DNA of 64,000 nucleotides from Bugula neritina. Lineage: Eukaryota > Animalia > Bryozoa. Location: positions 15,014,698-15,078,697 of the forward strand of contig OZ037765.1 of assembly GCA_964035545.1 (NCBI GenBank), given 5' to 3'. Within the stretch, counting starts at the first letter, position 1. Every line of letters starts with the position of its first letter. Positions 1 through 13,044 of the stretch are shown in pieces. The notes under the pieces are model-generated. The model was not told the origin of the DNA. It saw only the letters and a program-made list of their open reading frames with translations, and ran no database searches. The position numbers and the translations under genes are program-made.

Positions 1-3000
1 ACTGCAACATACTGCAACATACTGAAATACACTGTAACCTACTGAAATACACTGCAACATACTACAACATACTGAAATACACTGTAACATTATGAATTAC
101 ACAGCAACACATTGAAATATACTGCAATATACCGAAATATATGGTAAACAACTGAAATATACTGCAAAAATACTGAAATATACTGTAACATACTGAAAGA
201 TACTGCAACATACTGAAATACACTGTAACATACTGAAATAAACGGCAACATACTGCAACATACTGTATTACACTGTAACATCTTGAAATACACTGCAACA
301 CATGTAAAGTTACTGCAACATACTGAAACATACTGCAACATACTGAAATATACTGCAACATATCGAAGTATATCGTAATATACGGACATGCACTGTAACA
401 TACTGAAACATACTGAAACATACTGAAACATACTGAAACATACTGAAATATACTGGAACGTATCGAAATATACTTCAACATACTAAAATACACTGCAACA
501 TACTGCACCATACTGAAATACACTGCAACACATTGAAGTATACTGTAATATACAGAAATGTACTGTAACATACTGAAACATACGTCAACATACTGAAATG
601 TACTGCAACATGTCGAACTATACTGCAAGACACTGAAACATACTGCAACATACTGAAACATACTGCGACATATCGAAGTATATCATAATATACGGACATG
701 CACTGTAACATACTGAAACATACTGAAACATACTGAAATATACTGGAACATACCAAAATATACTTCAACATATTAAAATATACTGCAACATACTGAAACA
801 CACTGTAACATACTGAAATACACTGCAACACATCGGAATAAACTGCAACATACCTAAATATACGGTAATATACTCAAATTTGCTGTTCACATTGAAAAAC
901 ACTGCAACATACTGAAATTTGCTGTAGCACAGTGAAATTCAGTGCAACCCACTGAAATATAGTGTAATATACGGAAATGTACTTTAACATACTGAAATAT
1001 ACTGCAAAATACTGAAATACCCTGTAACATACTGAAATACACTGTGACACACTGAAATATACTGCAACACACCGCAATAAACTGAAACACGCTGTAACAT
1101 ACTGAAATACACTGCAACATACTACAACATATTGAAATACACTGCAACACATTGAAATATACTGCAACACACTGAAACATACGGCAACATATTGAAATAT
1201 ACTGCAACACATTGAAATATACTGCAACATACCGAAAATAACTGCAACTGTGCAATATAATGAAATATACTGCAAAAATACTGAATTGTACTGCAACAAT
1301 TTGAAAGTTACTGTATGATACTGACATATACTGAAACACACTGAAACATACTGCGAGATACTGCAACATACTGAAACACACTATAACATACTGAAATACA
1401 CTGCAACATACTGCAACATACTGCAACATACTGAATTACACTGTAACATATTGAAATACACTGCAATACATTGAAATTTACTGCAACACACTGAAACATA
1501 CTGCAACATACTGAAATGTACTGCAACATATCGAAGTATATTGTAATATACGGACATGTACTGTAACATACTGAAACATACTGAAACATACTGAAACATA
1601 CTGAAATATACTTCAACATACTGAAATATACTGCAACATACTGCAACATACTGAAATGCACTGTAACATACTGAAACACACTGCAACACATTGAAACAAA
1701 CTGCAACAAACCTAAATATACGGTAATATACTGAAATATACTGTAACACATTGAAAAACACTGCAAGATACTGAACTATACTGCAACACACTGAAATACA
1801 CTGTAATATACTGAATTAAACTGCAACATACTGCAACATACTGAAATAAGCTGTAACATATTGAAATACACTACAACACATCGTAATATACTGCAACATA
1901 CTGAACCATACGGCAACATACTGAAATACACTGCAACACATCGGAATAAATTGCAACATACCTAAATATACGGTAATATACTGAAATATACTGTACACAT
2001 TGAAAAACACTGCAACATACTGAAATTTGCTGTAGCACAATGAAATTCTGTGCAACCCACTGAAATGTAGTGTAATATACGGAAATGTACTTTAACATAC
2101 TGAAACATACTGCAACACATTGACATATACTGCAACACACTGAAACATACGGCAACATATTGAAATATACTGCAACACATTGAAACATACTGCAACACAC
2201 TGAAACATACGGCAACATACTGAAATATACTGCAACATACTGCAACATACTGAAATACACTGTAATATACTGAATTAAACTGCAACACATTGTAATATAC
2301 TGCAACATACTGAATCATACGGCAACATACTGAAATATACTGCAACACATTGAAATATACTGCAACATATTGAAATATGCTGTAGCACCCTGAAATTCAC
2401 TGCAACTTACTGAAATATAGTGTAATATACGGAATTGTACTGTAACCTACTGAAATATACTGTAACACACTGAAATATGCAGTCACATACTGAAATATAC
2501 TGTAAATTATTAGAATTATACTGCAACATACTGCAACATACTGAAATACACTGTAACCTACTGATATACACTGCAATATACTACAACATACTGAAATACA
2601 CTGTAACATATTGAAATACGCTGCAACACATTGAAATATACTGCAAAATACCGAAATATATGGTAAACTGCTGAAATATACCGTAACACATCAAAAAATA
2701 CTGCAACATACTGAAATATACTGTAACACACTGAAATATACTGCAACTTACTGAAATACATTGTAACATACTGAAATATACTGCAACATACTGCAACATA
2801 CTGAAATACACTGTAACATACTGATATACACTGCTATATACTACAACATACTGAAATACACTGTAACATATTGAAATACGCTGCAAAACATTGAAATATA
2901 CTGTAACATACCGAAATATATAGTAAACTACTGAAATATACTGTAACACATCGAAAAATACTGCAACATACTGAAATATACTGTAACACACTGAAATATA

Positions 3001-6000
3001 CTGCAACATACTGAAATACATTGTAACATACTGAAATATACTGCAACATACTGAAATACACTGTAACATGCTGAAATACACTGCAACATACTGCAACATA
3101 CTGAAATACATTGGAACATATTGAAACACACTACAACACATTGAAATATACTGCAACACACTGAAACATACAGCAACACACTGAAACATACAGCAACATT
3201 CTGAAATACACTGTGACATATTGAAATACACTGCAACATACTGCAACATACTGAAACATACTACAACATACTGAAATACACTGTAACATATTGAAGTGCA
3301 CTGCAACACATTGAAATATACTGCAACACACTGAAACATACGGCAACATACTGAAGTATACTGCAACACATTGAAAAATACTGCAACATACCAAAATATA
3401 TGGTAAACTACTGAAATATACTGTAACACATTGAAAAAAACTGCAACATACTGAAATATACTGTAACACACTGAAATATACTGCAAAATACTGAAATACA
3501 CTGTAACATACTGAAATACACTGTAACACACTGAAATATACTGCAACACACTGCAATATACTGAAACACGCTGTAACATACTGAAATACACTGCAACATA
3601 CTACATTATATTGAAATACACTGCAACACATTGAAATATACTGCAACACAATGAAACATACGGCAACATACTGAAACATAGTGCGACACATTGAAATATA
3701 CTGCAACATACTGAAACATGCTGTAGCATACTGAAATACACTGCAACACATTGAAGTATACTGTAATATACACAAATGTACTGTAACATACAGAAACATA
3801 CGTCAACATACTGAAATGTACTGCAACATGCTGAACTATACTGCAACATACTGAAATACACTGTAATATACTGAATTAAACTGCAACATACTGCAACATA
3901 CTGAAATAAGCTGTAGCATACTGAAATACATTGCAGCACACTGAAGCGTCCTGCAATATGCAGAAACGTACTGCAACATACTGAAATATACCGCAACAAA
4001 CCGAAATTTATGGTATACTGAAATATGTTGCAAACTAGTAAAATGTACTGCAACATACCGAAAATAACTGCAACTGTGCAATATAATGAAATATACTGCA
4101 AAAATACTGAAATATACTGCAACAATTTGAAAGTTACTGTATGATACTGACATATACTGAAACACATTGAAACATACTGCAAGATACTGCAACATACTGA
4201 AATACACTATAACATACTGAAATACACTGCAACATACTGCAACATACTGCAACACACTGCAACATACTGAATTACACTGTAACATATTGAAGTACACTGC
4301 AATACATTGAAATTTACTGCACCACACTGAAACATACAGCAACATACTGAAATACACTGTGACATACTGAAATACACTGCAACATACTGCAACATACTGC
4401 AACATACTGCAACATACTGCAACATACTGAAATACACTGTAACATATTGAAATACACTGCAACGCATTGAAATATACTGCAACACAATGAAACATACGGC
4501 AACATACTGAAACATAGTGCGACACATTGAAATATACTGCAACATACTGAAACATGCTGTAGCATACTGAAGTACACTGCAACACATTGAAGTATACTGT
4601 AATATACAGAAATGTACTGTCACATACTGAAACATACGTCAACATACTGAAATGTACTGCAACATGCTGAACTATACTGCAACATACTGAAATATACTGC
4701 AACGTATTGAAGTATATTGTAATATACGGACATCTACTGTAACATACTGAAACATACTTAAACATACTGAAATATACTTCAACAAACTGAAATATACTGC
4801 AACATACTGCAACATACTGAAATACACTGTAACATACTGAAACACACTGCAACACATCGGAATAAACTGCAACATACCTAAATATACGGTAATATACTGA
4901 AATATACTGTTCACATTGAAAAACACTGCAACATACTGAAATTTGCTGTAGCACAGTGAAATTCACTGCAACCCACTGAAATATAGTGTAATATACGGAA
5001 ATGTATTTTAACATACTGAAATATACTGTAACACACTGGAATATACTGTCACATACTGAAATACACTGTAAAATACTGAAATATATTGCAACATAGTGCA
5101 ACATACTGAAATACACTGTAACCTACTGATATACACTGCAATATACTACAACATACTGAAATACACTGTAGCGTATTGAAATACGCTGCAACACATTGAA
5201 ATATACTGCAACATACCGAAATATATGGTAAACTACTGAAATATACTGTATCACATTGAAAAATACTGCAACATACTGAAATATGCTGTAACACACTGAA
5301 ATATACTGCAAAATACTGAAATACACTGTAACATACTGAAATATACTGCAACATACTGAAATACACTGTAACATACTGAAATATACTGCAACATACTGCA
5401 ACATACTGAAATACACTGTAACGTACTGAAATACACAGCAACATACTGCAACATACTGCAACATACTGAAATACGCTGTAACATATTGAATTACACTGCA
5501 ACACATTGAAATATACTGCAACACACTGAAACATACGGCAACATACTGAAATATACTGCAAAACATTGAAATATACTGCTACATACTGAAACATGCTGTA
5601 GCATACTGAAATACACTGCAACACACTGAAGTATACTGTAATATACAGAAATGTACTGTAACATACTGAAACATACGTCAACATACTGAAATGTACTCCA
5701 ACATGCTGAACTATACTGCAACATACTGAAATACACTGTAATATACTGAATTAAACCGCAACACATTGTAATATACTGCAACATACTGAATCATACAGCA
5801 ACATACTGAAATATACTGCATCACATTTAAATATACTGCAACATATTGAAATATGCTGTAGCACCCTGAAATTCACTGCAACTTACTGAAATATAGTGTA
5901 ATATACGGAATAGTACTGTAACATACTGAAATATACTGTAACACACTGAAATATGCTGTCACATACTCAAATATACTGTAAATTACTAGTATTATACTGC

Positions 6001-9000
6001 AACATACTGCAACATACTGAAATACACTGTAACCTACTGATATACACTGCAATATACTACAACATACTGAAATACACTGTAACATATTGAAATACGCTGC
6101 AACACATTGAAATATACTGCAACATACCGAAATATAGGGTAAACTACTGAAATATACCGTAACACGTCAAAAAATACTGCAACATACTGAAATATACTGT
6201 AACACACTGAAACATACTGCAATTTACTGAAATACATTGTAACATACTGAAATATACTGCAACATACTGCAACATACTGAATTACACTGTAACATACTGA
6301 TATACACTGCTATATACTACAACATACTGAAATACACTGTAACATATTGAAATACGCTGCAACACATTGAAATATACTGCAACATACCGAAATATATAGT
6401 AAACTACTGAAATATACTGTAACACATCGAAATATACTGCAACATACTGCAACATAATGAAATATACTATAACACATTGGAATAAACTGCAAAATACTGA
6501 AATATACTGTAACATACTGAAACATACTGCAACATACCGAAATATACTGTAACATACTGAAATATACTGCAAGATACTACAACGTACTGAAATACACTGT
6601 AACATACTGAAATACACTGCAACATACTGCGACATACTGAAATACATTGGAACATATTGAAACACACTACAACACATTGAAATATACTGCAACACACTGA
6701 AACATACAGCAACATACTGAAATATACTGCAACATAGTTAACTATAATGCAAGATACTGCAACATTCTGAAATACACTGTGACATATTGAAATACACTGC
6801 AACATACTGCAACATACTGCAACATACTGAAATACACTGTAACATATTGAAGTGCACTGCAACACATTGAAATATACTGCAACACACTGAAACATACGGC
6901 AACATACTGAAGTGTACTGCAACACATTGAAAAATACTGCAACATACCGAAATATATGGTAAACTACTGAAACATACTGTAACACATTGAAAAAAACTGC
7001 AACATACTGAAATATACTGTAACACACTGAAATATACTGCAAAATACTGAAATACACTGTAACATACTGAAATACACTGTAACACACTGAAATATACTGC
7101 AACACACCGCAATATACTGAAACACGCTGTAACATACTGAAATACACTGCAACATACTACAACATATTGAAATACACTGCAACACATTGAAATATACTGC
7201 AACACACTGAAACATACGACAACATATTGAAATATACTGCAACACATTGAAATATACTGCAACATACCGAAAATAACTGCAACTGTGCAATATAATGAAA
7301 TATACTGCAAAAATACTGAAATGTACTGCAACAATTTGAAAGTTACTGTATGATACTGACATATACTGAAACACACTGAAACATACTGCAAGATACTGCA
7401 ACATACTGAAACACATTATAACATACTGAAATACACTGCAACATACCGCAACATACTGCAACATACTGAATTACACTGTAACATATTGAAATACACTGCA
7501 ATACATTGAAATTTACTGCAACACACTGAAACATACTGCAACATACTGAAATATACTGCAACATATCGAAGTATATTGTAATATACGGACATGTACTGTA
7601 ACATACTGAAACATACTGAAACATACTGAAACATACTGAAACATACTGAAATATACTTCAACATACTGAAATATACTGCAACATACTGCAACATACTGAA
7701 ATACACTGTAACATACTGAAACACACTGCAACACATTGAAATAAACTGCAACAGACCTAAATATACGGTAATGTACTGAAATATACTGTAACACATTGAA
7801 AAACACTGCAAGATACTGAAATATGCTGTAGCACACTGAAATACACTGCAACATACTGAAATACACTGTAACCTACTGATATACACTGCAATATACTACA
7901 ACATACTGAAATACACTGTAGCATATTGAAATACGCTGCAACACATTGAAATATACTGCAACACACTGAAGGATACGGCAACATACTGAAATATACTGCG
8001 ACACATTGAAATATACTGCAACATACTGAAACATGCTGTAGCATACTGAAATATACTGTAACACACTGTAAAATACTGCAACATACTGCAACATACTGAC
8101 ATACACTGGAACATACTGAAATACACTGCAACATACTACAACATACTGAAATACACTGTACCCTACTGAAATATGCTGTAGCACACTGAAATATACTGCA
8201 ACATACTGAAATATAATGCAAGTTACTACAACATACTGAAATACACTGTGACATACTGAGATACACTGCAACATACTGCAACATACTGCAACATACTGAA
8301 ATACACTGTAACCTACTGAAATACACTGCAACATACTACAACATACTGAAATACACTGTAACATTATGAATTACACTGCAACACATTGAAAAATACTGCA
8401 ACACACTGAAACATACGGCAACATACTTAAATATATGGTAAACAACTGAAATATACTGTAACACATCGAAAAATACTGCAACATACTGAAATATACTGTA
8501 ACACACTGAAATATACTGCAACATAATAAAATACATTGTAACATACTGAGGTATACTGCAACATACTGCAACATACTGAAATACACTGTAACATACTGAA
8601 ATACACTGCAACATACTGCAACATACTGAAATACATTGGAACATATTGAAACACACTACAACACATTAAAATATACTGCAACACACTGAAACATACGGCA
8701 ACATACTGAAATATACTGCGACACATTGAAATATACTGCAACATACTGAAATATGCTGTAGCATACTGAAATATACTGTAACACACTGTAATATACTGCA
8801 ACATACTGGAACATACTGACATACACTGGAACATACTGAAATACACTCCAACATACTACAACATACTGAAATACACTGTAACCTACTGAAATATGCTGTA
8901 GCACACTGAAATATACTGCAACATACTGAAATAAAATGAAAGTTACTACAACATACTGAAATACACTGTGACATACTGAGATACACTGCAACATACTGCA

Positions 9001-12000
9001 ACATACTGCAACCTACTGCAACATACTGAAATACACTGTAACAGACTGAAATGTACTGTAACACACTGACATATACTGCAACACATTGAAATATACCGCA
9101 ACATACTGAAATATGCTGTAGCACACTGAAATACACTGCAACTCACTATAATATAGTGTAATATACAGAAATGTACTGTAACATACTGAAATATACTGTA
9201 ACATACTGAAATCTACTGCAACATACTGAAGTACACTGCAACATACTGCAACATACTGAAATACACTGTAACATATTGAAATACACGACAACACATTGAA
9301 ATATACTGCAACACACCGAAGGATACGGCGACATACTGAAATATACTGCGACACATTGAAATATACTGCAACATACTGAAATATGCTGTAGCATACTGAA
9401 ATATACTGTAACACACTGTAAAATACTGCAACATACTGCAACATACTGACATACACTGGAACATACTGAAATACACTGCAACATACTACAACATACTGAA
9501 ATACACTGTACCCTACTGAAATATGCTGTAGCACACTGAAACTTACTGCAACATACTGAAATATAATGCAAGTTACTACAACATACTGAAATACACTGTG
9601 ACATACTGAGATACACTGCAACATACTGCAACATACTGCAACATACTGAAATACACTGTAACCTACTGAAATACACTGCAACATACTACAACATACTGAA
9701 ATACACTGTAACATTATGAATTACACTGCAACACATTGAAAAATACTGCAACACACTGAAACATACGGCAACATACTGAAATACACTGTAACATATTGAA
9801 ATACACGACAACACATTGAAATATACTGCAACACACTGAAGGATACGGCAACATACTGAAATATACTGCGACACATTGAAATATACTGCAACATACTGAA
9901 ATATGCTGTAGCATACTGAAATATACTGTAACACACTGTAAAATACTGCAACATACTGCAACATACTGACATACACTGGAACATACTGAAATACACTGCA
10001 ACATACTACAACATACTGAAATACACTGTACCCTACTGAAATATGCTGTAGCACACTGAAATATACTGCAACATACTGAAATATAATGCAAGTTACTACA
10101 ACATACTGAAATACACTGTGACATACTGAGACACACTGCAACATACTGCAACATACTGCAACATACTGAAATACACTGTAACCTACTGAAATACACTGCA
10201 ACATACTACAACATACTGAAATACACTGTAACATTATGAATTACACTGCAACACATTGAAAAATACTGCAACACACTGAAACATACGGCAACATACTTAA
10301 ATATATGGTAAACAACTGAAATATACTGTAACACATCGAAAAATACTGCAACATACTGAAATATACTGTATCACACTGAAATATACTGCAACATAATAAA
10401 ATACATTGTAACATACTGAGGTATACTGCAACATACTGCAACATACTGAAATACACTGTAACATACTGAAATACACTGCAACATACTGCAACATACTGAA
10501 ATACATTGGAACATATTGAAACACACTACAACACATTAAAATATACTGCAACACACTGAAACATACGGCAACGTACTGAAATATACTGCGACACATTGAA
10601 ATATACTGCAACATACTGAAACATGCTGTAGCATACTGAAATACACTGCAACACACTGAAGTATACTGTAATATACAGAAATGTTCTGTAACATACTGAA
10701 AGGTACGTCAACATACTGAAATGTACTCCAACGTGCTGAACTATACTGTAACATACTGAAATACACTGTAATATACTGAATTAAACTGCAACATACTGCA
10801 ACATACAGAAATAAGCTGTAACATATTGAAATACACCACAACATATTGTAATATACTGCAACATACTGACCCATACGGCAACATACTGAAATATACTGCA
10901 ACACATTGAATCATACTGCAACATAGTCAAATATAATGCAAGATACTGTAACATTCTGAAAAACACTGTGACATACTGAAATACACTGCATCATACTGCA
11001 ACATACTGCAACATACTGCAACATACTGAAATACACTGCAACACATTGAAGTAAACCGCAACATACTTAAATATACGGTAACATACTGAAATATACTGTA
11101 ACTCATTGAAAAACATCGCAACATACTGAAACATACTGAAATATGCTGTAGCACACTGAAATACACCGCAGTTCAATAAAAAATAGTGTAATATACGGAA
11201 ATGTACCGTAACATACTGAAATATACTGTAACAGACTGAAATGTACTGTAACAAACTGAAATATACTGCAACATGCTGAAATACACTGTAACATAATGAA
11301 ATATACTGCAACATACTGCAACATACCGAATTACACTGTAACAAACTGAAATACACTCCAACATACTACAACATACTGAAATACACTGTAACATATTGAA
11401 ATACACCGCAACACATTGAAATATACTGCAACATACCGAAATATATGGTAAACTACTGAACTATACTGTAACACATTGAAACTTACCGCAAAATACTAAA
11501 ATACACTGCAACACACTGAAGTATACTGTAATATATAGAAATGTACTGTAAAGTACTTAAACATACGACAACATACCAAAAAACATACTGCAATATACTG
11601 AATTACACTGCAATATCCTGAAATATACTTCAACATACTGAAACATACCTAAAAACATTGAAATATACTGAAATACAGTGTAGGATATTGAAATACACTG
11701 CAACAATTTGGAATATACAGCAACATACCGAAATATATGGTAACCTACTGAAATATGTTGCAAACTACTGAAATATACTGCAACATACTGCAACATAATG
11801 AAATATACTATAACACATTGGAATAAACTGCAAAATACTGAAATATACTGTAACATACTGAAACATACTGCAACATACCGAAATATACTGTAACATACTG
11901 AAATATACTGCAAGATACTGCAATATACTGAAATACACTGTAACATACTGAAATACACTGCAACATACTGCAACATACTGACATACACTGGAACATACTG

Positions 12001-12411
12001 AAATACACTGCAACATACTACAACATACTGAAATACACTGTAACCTACTGAAATATGCTGTAGCACACTGAAATATACTGCAACATACTGAAATATAATG
12101 CAAGTTACTACAACATACTGAAATACACTGTGACATACTGAAATACACTGCAACATACTGCAAGAAACTGCAACATACTGAAATACACTGTAACATATTG
12201 AAATACACTGTATAACCTTGAAATATACTGCAACACACTGAAGGATACGGCAACGTACTGAAATATACTGTGACACATTTAAATGTACTGCAACATACTG
12301 AAATATGCTGTAGCATACTGAAATAGACTGTAACACACTGTAATATACTGCAACATACTGCAACATACTGACATATACTGGAACATACTGAAATAAACTC
12401 CAACATACTAC
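1..12411. repeat. 10-bp-monomer satellite array, left of the retroelement (ACTGCAACAT / ACTGAAATAY / ACTGTAACAY variants)
   Basis: A continuous 10-bp period is visible in every line. GAAAT-type and GYAAC-type monomers mostly alternate, giving a 20-bp sub-period. The array is more heterogeneous in the first ~8 kb and probably continues beyond the window start. Confidence 0.99.
9251..10290. repeat. 520-bp tandem duplication inside the satellite
   Basis: ATACACGACA at 9281/9801, GGATACGG at 9321/9841, CCCTACTGAA at 9511/10031, ACATTATGAA at 9711/10231. Confidence 0.85.
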
Positions 12412-12815
12412 TAGCCAACTTGGCAACAGGTTTTCGAGTTTATTAACTGTCAAATCGTACCCTATAAAATGGGAAACATTAGAAATTGTATAAATAAGTA
12501 GTCACAATATAAATCAAAATTCAGAGGAACACTATGAATATTACAGAACCAAAAAATTGACATGAACTATTGTAATTCTAATAAACTTACAATATTGATG
12601 CGTGGATAAAAATCTTAGCCATCACAATACCGAAACCGATAGTTTATTCATACAAAGAGTGTAAATATGGCGGTTTGATCATGATACACTGACTCATGCA
12701 GTACAGTGAATGAACTAGCTCTGCCAGCTAATAGTAGCTTTGGTGAAAGCTTTTGAAGCTTGAAAGCTTTAATGATTGGCTGCCTGCCAATACTTCTGGG
12801 TGGCATACCAATACA
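12407..12815 (-). repeat. 3' LTR, 409 bp, missing its terminal ~7 bp (TAAAACA)
   Basis: No mismatch to 18135-18543 in a by-eye comparison. The outermost ACTAC (12407-12411) is shared with the flanking satellite. Confidence 0.92.
12439..12444 (-). terminator. Polyadenylation signal AATAAA in the 3' LTR (5' LTR copy at 18167-18172)
   Basis: AATAAA lies ~40 nt upstream of the LTR 3' end on the sense strand. A second AATAAA is at 12643-12648. Confidence 0.6.
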
Positions 12816-12876
12816 TCGGTGGGGTCGAATTGTTTGGCAGATACTATTCTGACAAATATTGATAAATTATGTAAAT

Positions 12877-12904
12877 CAAAACAAACAAAACAAACAAAAC
12901 AAAA
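12877..12904 (+). repeat. (CAAAA/CAAA)n simple repeat in the element 3' UTR; U-rich on the sense strand
   Basis: caaaacaaacaaaacaaacaaaacaaaa. Confidence 0.85.
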
Positions 12905-13044
12905 TAGGATCAGTCACAGACCATGAAATTCTTGCACCAATCCGCTGACCCCTCCGCGCACCAGCCCGTCCCCCGAAAAATGGTTGAATGCAGACCCCTC
13001 CAGCGACACGAGCGTACACGCGGCCAAGAAGGTAGATCAGTCAT

